From Takakia lepidozioides (taxonomy: Eukaryota > Plantae > Bryophyta), in assembly GCA_030704615.1 (NCBI GenBank), contig CM060732.1, forward strand, positions 27,342,001 through 27,406,000: DNA of 64,000 nt. Reading direction: 5' to 3'. Positions 1 to 13,462 of this stretch are shown one piece after another; position 1 is the first letter of the stretch, and every line of letters begins with the position of its first letter. Both the position numbers and the translations under genes were made by a program. The notes under the pieces are model-generated. The model ran no database searches, was not told the DNA's origin, and saw nothing but the letters and a program-made list of their open reading frames with translations.

Positions 1-751
1 GATTCGGAGGAACCCACACGGTGCTGTACCTGCACCTTGTTTCAGCGGCAAATTTTTGACTCCCACATTTGCTCACGCCACAACGCAGACATTTTGGTTC
101 TGTAGGCACGACATAATGACCTGTGTATTTGGCAAGCCCAAGTACGGGATTCAGGGAATGCCGGAGCCTCCGGGCGTCTGGCCTGTTGCACCGGGTTGCA
201 GCCTCTCTCAGAATGAGGCAGATGCTCTATCTGCAACAGGATTTTGAATGGTGCAACGCACAGACATCCCGGCCCACGCATTTCCGGTTCCTTAGACCCA
301 GCCATTGCAGACTGCTCGGTCCAGTAGAGACGGATTGGACAATTCTACACATCCCACAATGCGATTCGGAGGAGTGAAGAGACGACACCCTCCCAACAAG
401 TTGAATGAGACTCGGATTGCCAATGCTCTTGGGATAGCTTGCACTATTCAGAGCTCCGTGGACGTACCCCCACCCGGCCTTGGGCGTGTATATCGGATGG
501 CAATGGCCGGCTCGGCTGTACGCGACGATGTATACACAATTACGATTGGAGTGGAGCCGACTTGCAATTGTACGGACTTCTCGTTGATGGAAGCAAAGAA
601 GGGTTCGAAGTATTATCCGTGCAAGCATCTGTATTACATTTACCTGAAGAGGTTGAGGATGAACGTGACTATTGATGACGTTATTCATGCACCGGCGTTG
701 AGCGTGAACGAGCTGCACAAACTCCTCCTTAGGGATTCCAGAAATCATTGA
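1..751 (+). pseudogene. Mutator-like transposase, C-terminal region with SWIM zinc finger
   Basis: FWFCRHDIMTCV and YTITIGVEPTCNCTDF...CKHLYYIYL (SWIM CxCx(n)CxH). In-frame TGA at 246-248 where the sister copy has CGA. Confidence 0.85.
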
Positions 752-904
752 TGGGGCAAAGGGAATCCTCCATATGGATATTTTCAATTGCATTTTGCTG
801 TATCAGACTTTTTTTTGCAGTGTAATGAAATGCACCCCAAAACTCCTGGAATGAGGCAATATTCCATTCAAACTGAGATCCAACAGAAGCAGTTGTGGGG
901 CCAT

Positions 905-1296
905 TTCTGGAAAAATGGCGCCGAATTTCTCTTTTTGGGGCCGAAAACTGGCAAAGTCCCAACATGCACTGGTACCTGTGTCTGGGAAAATGGCGCCGAA
1001 TTTCTCTTTTTTGGGCCGAAAACTGGCTAAGTCCCAACATGCACTAGTACCGTGTCTGGAAAAATGGCGCCGAATTTCTCTTTTTTGGGCCGAAAATTGG
1101 CTAAGTCCCAACATGCACTGGTACAGTGTCTGGAAAAATGGCGCCGAATTTCCCTATTTTGCGCCGAAAACTGCCTAAGTCCGAACATGCACTGGAAAAA
1201 TGGCGCCGAATTACCTGTCATGAGGGGACCTATAGCCGCGGAATTCGGCACCATTTTTCGCCAGAGAGACCTATTACCGCGAAATTCGGCGCCATA
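905..1296. repeat. Subterminal tandem array of ~74-bp units carrying AAAATGGCGCCGAATTTC and TGGCTAAGTCCC
   Basis: Motif starts at ~916, 991, 1065, 1139 and 1201; inverted copies at ~1241 and ~1282. Confidence 0.9.
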
Positions 1297-1505
1297 TTTG
1301 CACATGTCGCTGGGAATTGGCATGAGCGGAAGACGAAATATCATGAGCACAACTGTCAAAACTGCAATTTTCCCTTCAAGGGGCCGATAAAATATTTGTT
1401 TTTCCTGACACATTGCATTAAATTATTGTTTTTTTATTGTTTTTTATTTTCGAAATTTGTACTTCTGCTCATGAAAACCGATTGTCTTAAACTAATGTGC
1501 TTTTC

Positions 1506-1874
1506 TCATTTGTATCCGTCAGTGACATATAAAAACTTGTGCACCAAGTCTGTATCCATGCACGAAATCAGTTTCCAATTTTGTATGTCATGGGAAAGTG
1601 GAGGACGCACAACAGGCATAGATATCATCCGGCATAGAGGGATGTCAAGACGTCCTCCAGAGACGAGCATGTCCCTAATAACCTCCTGGGAGTTTACCTT
1701 CTGGAATGACATGAGTTCTTTCACCTTGTCAAGGTAGTGCACTTCAGGTTCATCCGTTTCATCGTTATTCTCCGAACTCTTCGCAGAGTCGTCCCCATCT
1801 CCAGAACCTTTTGCCTCTGTTCCTGTCAGCTTGGTCTTCACAGTTTTCTGCATAATGCCATGCCAATCAGACAC
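1506..1874 (-). pseudogene. N-terminal fragment of a ParB-like cargo gene paralogue
   Basis: RLDIPLCRMISMPVVRPPLSHDIQ aligns with KLRIPLCRLVSLQVVRPALPGNID (17058 ORF) and YVPLCRMKPLPAVRLP (26656 ORF). Confidence 0.75.
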
Positions 1875-1892
1875 TCAGGTATGTGCAAATAG

Positions 1893-2502
1893 TGATGGTC
1901 GGCACCGACAATCATAGTACATAGGCAAAAACAATGACATCACAATGACTTCAAAGTGATTAAAAATGTTCAATGCAGCTTCTTTACAACTGAAAGTGCT
2001 CCAAGTTCTAAAGGAACAACGATTGGCGGTACCGACAATCAAAAATTGTATCTGTAGCAAACAATAACAGAATATGGCAAACCAAATCACTATGTCTGCA
2101 TATTGTTGGTCGGTACCGACCATCAGTATGTCTTGTCTCAAATCACAGTGATTGGCGGTACCGACAATCACAACCATCTACACTAGCAAAGCTGATACAA
2201 GCAAATGCAAACCAAAATACTATGACTGCATAGTGATGGTCGGTACCGACCATCACTCTCTTTCTACGCATGCAGGTACAGGAAGGTCCCACGGAGCAGC
2301 GAATGGCGTTAACGACAATCAGAAAACACTACACTAGAAAGACTGACAATATGGGTTTGGTGCAAAAACAATATTTCTCATACTGATTGTCGGCACCGAC
2401 ACTCACTTTAGTTTGTATCAGAAAGTGAGTGGAATGCAGATTGTCTGAAATGCAAGAAATCTAAGTTTTGAAAGGAAAGCGATTGGCATTACCGACAGTC
2501 AC
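1893..2502. repeat. Dispersed array of seven GATGGTCGGYACCGACMATC-type palindromes
   Basis: Copies at ~1895, 2021, 2104, 2150, 2232, 2385 and 2481. The copy at 2232-2257 is a perfect 26-bp palindrome, AGTGATGGTCGGTACCGACCATCACT. Confidence 0.85.
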
Positions 2503-2857
2503 TTCTATCTGCTGCAGAAAACAAGAAATAGAGTGTTGGAAAGAAAATCAATATGACTCTATGATAATGGTCGTTCAACACTCACTGTTCCCTCTGGTTG
2601 TATTGTGCCTATTAAAAGATTGGTGATCAATCAGTAAAGGAAAATTAAGTCGTGATATGGATTCTGGCAAGATAGTGTAAATCTTGGAGAAATGGTAGAG
2701 ACCACTATAATTTTCTTTACTGACATACCAAGGCTTATTAAAGGGTGCTGAAAAGAAATTTTGTATATGATGTGGGAATGAATGAGGAAATTAAGGAAAA
2801 AACTAAGAAGACAGAGCTGAAAGAATAGAGAAATATACTGCAGAAAGGGAAGTTCGG

Positions 2858-5800
2858 TTGAGGAAAGAGTTCCCGGAATTACAAAACTTGAATATTATTC
2901 AAGGTGAGGCATCAAGACAAATTGACAGTGATAAACTAGAAGATCAGGAAATCGGATCTTTGGAAAGTAAGAACACTACACCAGAAGGAGTTGCAAGTAA
3001 TGCACTTGGCGAATGGTTACCACAAGAAAGATCTAAAGGACCTTCTACAGTAACAAGTTCAAATCGAGGTTTTGCTGAAATATTGGAAGAAAAATTTGAG
3101 AATATTCTGAGTGAAGAAGGTGAAAGAAGTGAAACTACTTCTCCAGAAAGGATAACTAGGACTGCACTCAAAGCTGTTAAAGATTCATTAAGCTTAGTAG
3201 GGACAGCAGCTAGAAGATGACTACCTCTAGTTTTGAATCATTGTTTGGAAGACAAACACCAACAACACCACTAGCCTTGACAATCCCAACACCAACACAG
3301 CCAGCAGCAGCGGGACCATTCCAGTTTGGACAGCCGGTTGCACCAGCAGCACCAATGGCTTTAGCAGCAAGTGCAACTAGACCGTCGTTTCCTTTATATG
3401 ATGGGAAATTTGACCCGGATATCCATCTCAATCAATTTGAGAACATATGCACCATTTACAATGAAGCAACAGACCAAGAAAAGATCTGAATATTTTCTTG
3501 TTCAATGGCCAGAAAAAGCATTGAATGGTTGGCAACCTTTCCAGCCAATCACTTTGCAAATTGGGCGGATATGAGAGCTGCGTTTCAAGAACGATATAGA
3601 TCCAACAAATCCACGTCTGAAAATCTTCACAGGATTACAGAACCTGAGACAGAAAAAGAAAGAATTGGTAGTGGACTACCTGGAGAGAATGAAGACTTTG
3701 ATCAGGAAGCTACCTAAAGCACCAGGTGACGACTTTGCAAAAATCATGGTTCATCAACGGACTTCATCCTGAATATGTAACCATGGTTACAGTCATGCCT
3801 AACAACACTTTGGTTGAAGCAGTAGGAACTGCGAAGAAATTGGAATTGGGATTTCATCAGAGCAGAAGTAAAGACTCTAAGCTAGGATCCCTTGGAAGAA
3901 GAAGACTCTGATGATGAAGAAAAACCCAAGCAAAAGAAAAAAGAAGTGATTGACAAAACCACTTTGGATCAGAAGATAGCAGAGGCTATCAAGAATTTTA
4001 AAGATGAAGGGCCATAAAAGGCAACATGGTGTCACAAATGCGGGACTGCAGGACGCTTGGCAACAGAATGCCACATGAAAGACAAATACTGTGATATTTG
4101 TCATATGAACAATCATAATACCAGCCATTGTATTTACAATCAACGGGCCAAGAAGAGTGGGTACACACGAGAGGTGGGGTACACCAAGTCCAAGTCCGAC
4201 AGGGAGGATCAGATGGACCAAGACAATACAATATGGGTAATCATTATCAGAGGCCATGAGATGACTATCCACCACGAGATAGAGAACATCAACCCAGAAA
4301 CAAAGAAATCATGAGATGTCACTATTGCAAGAAAAAGGGACACTGGAAACATGAATGTCAGTTGTGAATCAAGCATGAGGCAGAATTGGGAAATATGGAA
4401 GCCGGACCAAGTGTAGCCGTGAGTGTGGTAACTCCTGTAGTGGATACCCTTGCGGTAACTCGAACTCAGGCCAAGAAACAGAAACCTCCAGATAAGGAGA
4501 TTGAAGAAGAACGAAAACAATATCCAGAAAGTGCAGCATGGCAGGAAGAAAAGAGTTTACACCAGGAGGTAAGCAAAGCCATAGCTCAAATGTAAGAAGG
4601 AACCCATATACCTTCTGGAGAGCCAACTCCAGATAATCAAATCAGACCAACGACGAAGACAACAAACGCAACCACAGAAACAGAATTGGCTGAAGTAATC
4701 TGCCAGACCAAGACCCAAATTACCAAATTATGGACACATCTCAACACCCTGCCCGTTTTTATCAAGAAAGATAAGAGGACATTAGAATCGGTGAAGTACC
4801 TGCCACGATTGCAACCATCGGACAGGAGATTGCAGGATGGACAGTAACGGAAGAAACTCAATTGATTCAAGTGAATCTGGGAACAGTGGAAGAACCACAG
4901 ATAATACGAGTAAGTGCAGGTCTCGAAGAATCATTTCTACAAGAAGCCACTCCATTATTCACTGAATACAAGGATGTATTTGCCTGAAACTACAAAGATT
5001 TGAAAGGTATACCTTCCAACATTTGTCAGCACCGAATTGAATTGGAAGTTGACACGAAACCAGTTCGTTTGAACCGTTACAGAATGAACCCCAACTATGC
5101 AGCTAAAGTTTGGGAGGAAATCAATAAATTATTGGATACATGATTCATATACCCAGTAGAGACACCACAATGGTTATCACCCACTGTGATAGTATCCAAG
5201 AAGAATGGAAATTTACGAGTATGTGTGGACTACCGCAAGTTAAACGTATGAACCAAAAAATACCCCTTTCCACTACCTTTCACAGAGATAGTATTGGACA
5301 CAGTGGCAGAACATGAGATGTACTCATTCATGGATGGGTTCAGTGGGTACAACCAGGTGCAGATGGCAGAAGAAGATCGAGAAACCGCATTCATCACTGA
5401 ATGGGGAGCCTATGCTTACAAAGTCATGCCATTTGGACTTTGCAACACACCAGCCACGTTTCAGCGAGCAGTATATGAGATATTCAAGAATTATCTCAAC
5501 AATTTTATGCAGGTATTTTTGGATGATTTCAGTGTTTTTGGACAGAAATCCAAACACTTGGCACAATTAAAACTTTGCCTACACGCCTGCAGAAACAATG
5601 GAGTAAGTCTCAATCCGGAAAAATGTAGCACAAGATGAAGAGACAAATCCTCTAGGCGCTCTGGGAGTGTTTCAAGGAGACTATGACCTCCCAGATTCTC
5701 TTAAGCTCATGGATGACACTGATGAAAAAGAGGACTCATCAGATGAAGATGAACCTCTTGATGAAGGACCTATTATTGAGGAAGAGCCAGATCTAGAAGA

Positions 5801-6131
5801 AGAAGATGACAAGGAAAACGAAGAGCCAAATAATCAAGAATTGGCCAATATCAGTATTGGAGCTTATACAGTTACCAAGGAAGAATCAAAAGACATTCAG
5901 AATCAAGATCAAGATCCGGACGATTGGCAATGGCCAATCAAATACAATCTGAACACAGGAAAATTTCCTGAAGACTACACCAAAGATGATAGGAGAAAGC
6001 TTTCAATGAAAAGCGAGCCATACACAGTGATCAAGGGATTATGTACAACAGAGGAATTGACTCCATAATGAGAAGATGTGTGAACAAAGAACAAGCCAAA
6101 ACAGTGATGCAAGAGCTACACAAAGAAACAG
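2858..6131 (+). mobile_element. Degenerate Ty3/Gypsy retrotransposon internal region (gag, RT, pre-integrase remnant)
   Basis: Gag-like YDGKFDPDIHLNQF and CCHC-like knuckles (~4030-4130). RT motifs VCVDYRKLN, SFMDGFSGYNQV, YKVMPFGLCN and FLDDF. Many stops, frameshifts and internal deletions. Confidence 0.9.
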
Positions 6132-6615
6132 TGTAGCTACGGCGTGAGCCCAGCCCCGTGAGCCTGGGAGCTGAGCTCACGTTCCAGGGAAGCGTGAGCG
6201 GCACAAATGTGCTAGAGAAGCAGGCCCTATAGGCAAGGATTGCAGGAAGAGGGCCTATTACCGTGGACAAAACAAATGGACCACCATGCACTATGTCTGC
6301 AATGTCTGCACAAAAAGAGGAATTTGAACATATGGCATATTTGAGCTCAAAATGATTGTCACACTTTATTTCAATTCACAGAAAGACGCCTACAATGAAT
6401 GGCATGTGCAATTGCCCTGGTTCCGTGAACGAAATGTATGTGTTTGTCCTATATGCAAAGACTTCACACGATAAGCTAGAAACCAGCACTGGAAGTGGGC
6501 ATGGCTCGTTTGTGTTCAAAGAGAATCTGGCGGAGCCCCACGCTAAGTGTTCTGCTGCAGAAGAGTGATGACTTCTCCGTAGCCTAGTTTGGCTTGGTGA
6601 ATGAATTGGTCTCTC

Positions 6616-7925
6616 TTATCGTCGTAGCACATAATTATAAAGTATATGTAATATTGATGCTTGCAGGGGACCCACTTCCCTCTCATGCCGAGAGTGCCCA
6701 CGCATCGTTACAAAATCCGGACAAGTGCACGCAGGGAAGTTCCCCACGGTAACCTGATATTCTTTGCCATGAAGAACTGAGCCAGTAGACAACATTGTGT
6801 AAATCCGTCCATACCCTGGGGCCGGGACTTCGGTGATACGAGTCACCCGAGCTTGCAAATTTCTAGCCGATTCCATCTTGCAATCGTGATCTGCACCCGA
6901 AGCGACACGGTGCACTGTTTTTCCATCTCTTTTTGCTGGGTGGGAGTCGGCACCGGTTGGAGGCATTGCCGGAGCATGTGGCACATCAGTGCCCAGAGTG
7001 CATGAGGGCACCACCCGGGACCGTGCAAGACGGAACCCTCCCTCCTCCAGCATGCTTATCTTGGCTGATGACAACAACGTCCCAAGTTTCACAGGACAAA
7101 TTGCGAGCGGAGGGGGCTTCATTATCACCGAAGGACGAACTGTTCCCTTGACGCATCGTGCCATATCGTCTGGGCAGAACCAGAACTTCCAGTCCTTTGA
7201 CTCCCCACTATGATAAGGTCGGAACAACCCTGTGAATATTGGAGCTGGAGTCCCTCTGGAGCCTTTGCATATTTTTTATTTTCATTTCTTGAAAGAGGGG
7301 GTCCGAATTGCCATGCAAGCCACTCTAGATCCTGGTGGGGTGCATTCTATATCCACTCACTGTCAATGCAATCAGATTCATGCACCAAGGACACCACCTC
7401 CTCCAATGAGATTTTTGTTGTTGTGCTTGCATGATTTGCACCTGCTCCACTGGAAGAGGACCCACCTGGGAAGGGGCGGGCACATGACTTAGTCTGCACC
7501 GGAGACACCTTTGGTATTGAGAAATTGACCATGTCCGGGCGATGGGAATCTCCATCCGACCCTAGAGGAGTGTTCAATTTCCTTTTGCATGATCCAAATG
7601 TTTCCTCGCCTTCCAAATGGGGGACCCTGGATTGCAAAGAGGGCCTTCAGTGCACTTGTTCACAGCTCTCGCCATCTTCGATGGGTCTCCGGACCTGCTC
7701 GCAGGCCTTAGCATCAACAAAGTCGTATCAGGGCCCTTGCCTCCACCCCGTTCCATCATAAAATTGCGGTATCTGGTTTGTTGTGTAAGTGCCCGCACCA
7801 TGTCATCTGCAGTGGCAACATACAAGTCACGGCTTGCTTTGGTAGACTACTGCATCCAGGCGTTGTGAACAGTCTCCGCCAAATTACACGAAGGCATGTC
7901 AGTCAAGTCCTCCAAGGACATGTCT
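6616..7925 (-). pseudogene. 3' half of a second-family Mutator-like transposase (host of the 14.6-kb insertion)
   Basis: DMPSCNLAETVHNAW, PHLEGEETFGSCKRKL, FWFCPDDMARCV and SWIM YQVTVGNFPACTCPDF...CKH; frameshifted. Confidence 0.85.
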
Positions 7926-8000
7926 TACATGAGGCAATGCACGCAAATGTGAGGAACGAAAGGAAATGGCAGAGGTTCTGCAAGTTACAATCCAACAACC

Positions 8001-8009
8001 CCAGAGGAA
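8001..8009. repeat. Left 9-bp target site duplication CCAGAGGAA
   Basis: Identical 9-mer at 22609-22617 immediately outside the right terminus. Confidence 0.9.
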
Positions 8010-8047
8010 GAGGTTAGCTATTTCATGAGCATGAGCGGCATGAGCGG
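8010..8047 (+). repeat. Left short imperfect terminal inverted repeat
   Basis: Pairs with 22572-22608; built of CATGAGC sub-repeats. Confidence 0.85.
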
Positions 8048-8743
8048 AGTAGTAAGACAATCGGTTTTCATGAGCAGAAGTACAAATTCCGCAAATAAAA
8101 AACATTAAAAATAATAGTTTAATGGGATGTGTCAGAAAAAAAAACCAAAAAAAAATATTTAAAAAAAAATATTCATTGTTTGAAGTAGAAATTGTAGTTT
8201 TGAGAGCCGTGCTCATGATATCTCGATTTCCGCTCATGCGAATTCCGAGCGACATCTGCAAAAATGGCGCCGAATTTCGCGGTAATAGGTTCCGCAAGCA
8301 GACAAATCGGCAACGTATTGCGCGGTAATAGGTGACTCCAGCGAAAAATGGTGCCGAATTTCACGGTTATAGGTCCCAACTTCATTGAAGTGTAAGCCCG
8401 TCTCCAGACAATGTTGGGACTTAGCCAGTTTTCGGCCCAAAAAAAAGAAATTCGGCGCCATTTTTCCAGAAATGGCCCCCTCAACTGCAACTGTTGGAAC
8501 TCAGTTTTTTGGAAGATTTGCGAATTTTTCTTGCCGCCATCTTTGAATTGATTCTGTTTCGACATTGAATTGCCACTGGACGTGAACGGATATCCAACAG
8601 TCCCTAGTGTTTAAAAGACATCACTTTAATATTGTCTGTCTCATTCCAGGAGTTTTGGGGTGCAATTCATTACACTGCAAAACAAAATCTAATGCATAAA
8701 AATGCAATTGCAAATATCCATATGGTGGATTCCCTTTTCCCCA

Positions 8744-11700
8744 TCAATGATTTCTGGAATCCCGGTGGAGGAGTTTGTGCAGCTCGTTCACGCTCAACGC
8801 TGGTGCATGAATAAAGTCATCAATAGTCAAGTTCATCCTCAACCTCTTTAGGTAAATGTAATACAGATGCTTGCACAGATAATACTTTGACCCCTTCTTT
8901 GCTTCCATCAACGAGAAGTCCGTACAATTGCAGTCGGCTCCACTCCAATCGTAATTGTGTATACGTCGTCGCGTACAGCTGAGCCGGCCGTTACCATCCG
9001 ATAAACACGCCCAAGGCCGGGTGGGGGTACGTCCACGGAGCTCTGAATAGTGCAAGCCATCCCAAGAGCATTGGCAATCCGAGTCTCATTCAACTTGTTG
9101 GGAGGGTGTCGTCTCTTCACTCTTTCGAATCGCATTGTGGGATGTGCAGAATTGTCCAATCCGTCTCTACTGGACGGAGCAGCCTGCAACGGCTGGGTCT
9201 GAGGAATTGGAAACGAGTGGGCCGGGACGTTTGTGCATTGCACCATTCGAAATCCTGCTGCAGAAAGAGCATCCGCCTCATTCTGAGAGAGGTTGCAACC
9301 CGGTGCAACAGACCAGACGCCTGGAGGCTCGGGCATTCCCTGAATCCCGTACTTGGGCTTGCCAAATACACAGGTCATTATGTCGTGCCTACAGAACCAA
9401 AACGTCTGCGTTGTGGCGTGAGAGAATGTGGGAGTCAAAAATCTGCCGCTGAAACAAGATGCAGGTACAGCACCGTGTGGGTTCCTCCGAATCATCTCAC
9501 CACAGTGTGCTCTCGTATCCACCCGGATGGTGCAACACTTCCCTTGAAATGCCGGCAATGTCCTTGCTATTCTCCACTGTGACTCCGACACTCTTGTCTC
9601 CACAATGGGTATGTTGTACTGCGTTACTACAAATGGCTCGTTATGTTCTGCGGGTATGTGCCCTATGCTCAAAGGAGATGACGATCTTGAACGTGCAGGA
9701 CTTGCAGTGCTCAACGAGACCTCCTCGGGCAACATCACGGGACCACGAGGGAGCGTGCGAATATTCTTGTCAGCTTGCCATGAATCCTCTTCTCTGCCAG
9801 GTGCCTCGTCAAGTCTTCGTCTCACTGGACGGGTGTGAACATCTTCTTCCAAGTGTTGGCCTCTTCGAAGCAATGGCGTGTCCCGAAGGCCCTCTTGCAA
9901 GGCTGCCGCCCACTTGCGAGGATTCTTTGATCTGGAGGCAGTCCGCATCAACATTTCCTGCCTGTCCGGCCCCAAGCCCTAATGTTTCCATTTCAAGAAC
10001 TCGTTGTACCTGCAATGCTGCATAATTGAACTGACAATGTCCTCCGTTGTGGCAGTGAGGATGTCCACCAGATGCGCCGCAGAGGAGGCACGCCAGGAAG
10101 AATGTACTGATTCGGCCATGTTTGTTGTCGGCATGTCGGTGTCGGAGTCCAGACACATTTCCTGCACATGCACATGTTGAGGTTACAAGCAAGTTACAAA
10201 GAACGAGTAGCATAATATTCAACGTGACGCGAATTCGTCCAACTCACCTCCCGCATATAGTCGCCGAACTGGAAGAAACGATAATGCCACCATGCTAGCC
10301 AACTGACCATTGCTCCCTCGTCTGATTTCTTTACAGCACCTGACGTTGTCCACCAAGCTCGTATACATGCAAATTGTGTCTCTGCATCATCCAAGGTGGG
10401 AGCACGCTTCCACGCAAGACACATGGAACGGTGCTCCTCTCTAAAATCTGGCGCCATGAGCCGGGTTGTGTACTGCGACAAGCTCTACAGAAAATGGAAC
10501 CCACAAGATCTCTCCTTGCTTTCCATCGGAACATTGGGGTCTTCCCCGTACACCCTTCGGATGGCAGCCCAATTTGCTTGTGCGTTGTCCGCCATGAAAC
10601 CACGGAAATTGGGAGGGGGTAATCCCGCCCTGGCCATCTGTTTGTTTATTCCCTGCCAAAGAAGCATCTCTGATTGTGTGTCCTCTCCTTTCATCTCACA
10701 AATAGCAATTGTCATTAGCATCCTGCAGTGGGTATGTGCAGCCATTGTCACCCACTGGTGATTTGTAATTCGCTTGATATAGTCGAACATGACCCAGCTG
10801 TTTGACAAGTCCCCACTCGTCATCCGGTCGACCAGTTTGACGCCGCTGCCAGGCCCACACGTGGACATTTTGAATACAAAACAACGATCTGCCTCAGTCC
10901 CTTGTCCTGGAAACCTACTTCCATGAATGTAGTCATATCCACATCGTCGCTTCACCTCCAGAATGGAGTGCATATCCGAGCCACGCACAATTTTCTGTTT
11001 GCAGGAGACAATGTGGTTTCGGACATTCGGTGAACAGATGTGGGACACCGACTCCAGCAATGCCTCCAATTCCTTCTCATCGAGAGGAACTCTGTCGGAG
11101 CCGTCTTCCGACATAATTCTGGCCAATGCCATCTTATGGGCGGCCTGCAGCTGTATCTGTTTGGGTTTGGCACCAGGTCTCAACTTAACCTCCTCCTGAA
11201 CGAGCTGCTCTGCCTCGTGGGCAGCCTCCCGCGAGTTCCCCCTCGCCAATTTGTGACAATGGGAACCAACGTGTATGCAAGCTCGTGTGAGGTCAGGGAA
11301 ACGGTGCAACACATAGAACTGCTTGGCATTACAAACAGACATGCAATGTGGTGGTTCTTTGCAATGCGCACACTTAAATGTGGAGTTTGGAACCTTCTCC
11401 TGAGCTTGAAATGGTTGATGAGCTGTGCCTGTCCAATTCGTCTCCTTCCTGTGACCTTTGGATTTAAAGTGGAAGCAAGTTGGGGAGAAACACGGCAATG
11501 CGCCCGCACAAACAACGTAGCGCACCCGCACACCATCGAGCATCTTCATGCTGGTGGTTTTGGTGATGCACCAAGGATGACCGTCATGTTTCCTATCCAT
11601 ATCTGTCAAAATTCCGGACGCCCTCGAATAGTCCGTTCGAGGAGGGAACTCAAAGAACATATTACCGTCAACGTCTGCGGGAAGGCATGTTACAGATTTA

Positions 11701-12313
11701 ATGGCAAACTTGCTGTAGTCCAGCCCAGCCAGCTCCGAGCGGTGTCCCTCCATGTGAAGCCCTCGCAAAATTTCAAGAATGGATCGAACTGCTGTATTCG
11801 TGCTGGGAATATGACTCCCTCGTTCGCTGATGTCCATTGAGGACTTGCCTGATCTACAGGATGATCTCGGAACTTCCATGATCTCGTCGGAGTCGGACAG
11901 GTTGTGAACAACCCGGTTCTCGCTCGTCTTCATTGATGGGTTCGGCTCTGGATTTACTTCGTTGCGGACTTCTCTCTTTGAGGTACCCACTCTCTGATTC
12001 GCTGATTGTTTCGTGGAAGGCGGCAGGATAGAAGGCGCATTTGGGGGGCAAATGAAGTCCCTATGACGATGTCCGATGGTGGAACTCGCCATTCCCTGCC
12101 GTTGCCGAAATCATCGTGGAGCACAACAATACTTTCGACTACAACTCCGTTTGAATCCTTTATTTCCTCCTCCAAAAATACCGACCCCGGTTTCAGGTGG
12201 TATCGAACGCAGAGATATTTCTCCATCACCCGGCAGATCTCCCCTCTGCACGGAAATGTAGCTCTATGCTTGTGAGGAGGGCAGTACACTATAGCGCTCG
12301 GGTTTTCTGCCAT
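8744..12313 (-). pseudogene. Mutator-like transposase (GCM/WRKY-like Zn region, MULE DDE core, SWIM), mildly disrupted
   Basis: DRKHDGHPWC...CAHC...CIHVGSHCH; WVMFD, FMADNAQANWAAIRRVY, ERSCGFHF; TTNMAESVHSSW after an intron near 10165-10245; SWIM CNCTDF...CKHLYY. Stops at 10485 and 9979, frameshifts near 12030 and 8935. Confidence 0.88.
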
Positions 12314-12734
12314 GGGAGTTGTGCACACAAGACTGCCAGGACGGCGTTCGGACAAGCGCCCTAGGAGAAGGGGGGATGCAGGGAGGGGAAGGAATGCAGG
12401 GCCGATTTTTGCAAGCGACGAAGCCTATTCACGAATCCGGGGAGCCCACTCTCCCGAAATTCCACTGTCAGAGAGTAAATGAACCTTGTCTGCGGAATGC
12501 GGCCCCTGGCCTTTGCGCAGTAACTGCCAACGGTATGCAGTCAGAAGGTATATGACCTGTGCAGATGCGCTGCGCAAACCAATCATTACGGCGTCTGACA
12601 AGAAGCTTGGGGGCGCGAGCGTGCAAGCACCTTCCCCATGGACAGAGGGAACTGACAGAGGTGGCATTCTAGTGGGTCTGATTACAAGATTGAGTGCCAG
12701 AACCTCGCCGCCAAAAGTAAACATACAACAGCGG

Positions 12735-13462
12735 CGCCAAATTTGCATCCGAGGCCGGTTGGACGATTTCGTCTCCAGGGTGAGTCGGTCACCTGGCCGA
12801 CAGAGAACATCACCCGGATCAAAAACCGGCGCCGAGGCCCGTTGGATGAAGTCGTTTCAGGGGGAGAGGCCGACACTTGGCCGAGAGAGAATATCCCCCG
12901 GATGGAAAAACGGCGCCGAATTTCCATCCGAGGCCCGTTGGATGAAGTTGTCTCGGGGGGAGAGGCCGACACCTGGGCGAGAGAGAACATCCCCCGGATG
13001 GAAAAATGGCGCCGAATTTCCATCGGAGGCCGGCCGGATGAAGTCGTTTCGGGGGGAGAGGCCGACAGCTGCTCGACAGAGAACATCCCCCGGATGGAAA
13101 AACGGCGCCGAATTTCCATCGGAGGCCCGTAAGATGAAGCCCGTATCGGCACTTCTTCAACAACTTATAGTCGTTACATCAAGTTTTTCGCGTTTTTTTG
13201 TATGGCTACACACTAAACTAGGAGTTTTTTTTGCCTACATGCCACATTTCGCACGTTATTCCCACCATTCTGGTCTGCTAAAGACAAATTCGTTGTCGGT
13301 TTTCCATCGATGAGGTGGACCGAATTACGTGCAGGATGGAAATTCGGCGCCGGATTTCCATCCGGTGTCTCCTGGATGAAAACTGCTCGGGCGGAGGGAG
13401 GGCCTCGTTGCGTCATACTTCATCCGCTGGATGGTAATTCGGCGCCAATTTTTTCCATCCAG
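12735..13462. repeat. ~96-bp tandem repeats and inverted copies upstream of the transposase, with hairpin GGATGGAAAAACGGCGCCGAATTTCCATCC
   Basis: GGCGCCGA at ~12828, 12912, 13008 and 13104; inverted copies at ~13340 and ~13435. Confidence 0.88.

Larger units (their letters stand above)
1..1489 (+). mobile_element. 3' part of a sister copy of the large MULE at 8010-22608; terminus truncated
   Basis: 1-800 is closely similar to the reverse complement of 8700-9490. 1195-1489 matches the reverse complement of the subterminal region ~8052-8360. Homology ends at ...AAAACCGATTGTCTTA (~1489), just before the TIR. Confidence 0.85.

Noticed and set aside
788-1413. Multiple overlapping ORFs with repeated KWRRIS / MAPNF / EIRRHF peptides (also 12486-13313 and 19038-19966)
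   Set aside because: These are translations of the non-coding GGCGCC motif arrays in all frames.
1893-2502. Palindromic repeats with variable spacers resembling a CRISPR array (also 25243-26056)
   Set aside because: Spacing is irregular (about 45-270 bp), spacers are partly homologous to each other, there are no cas genes, and the context is a eukaryotic transposon.
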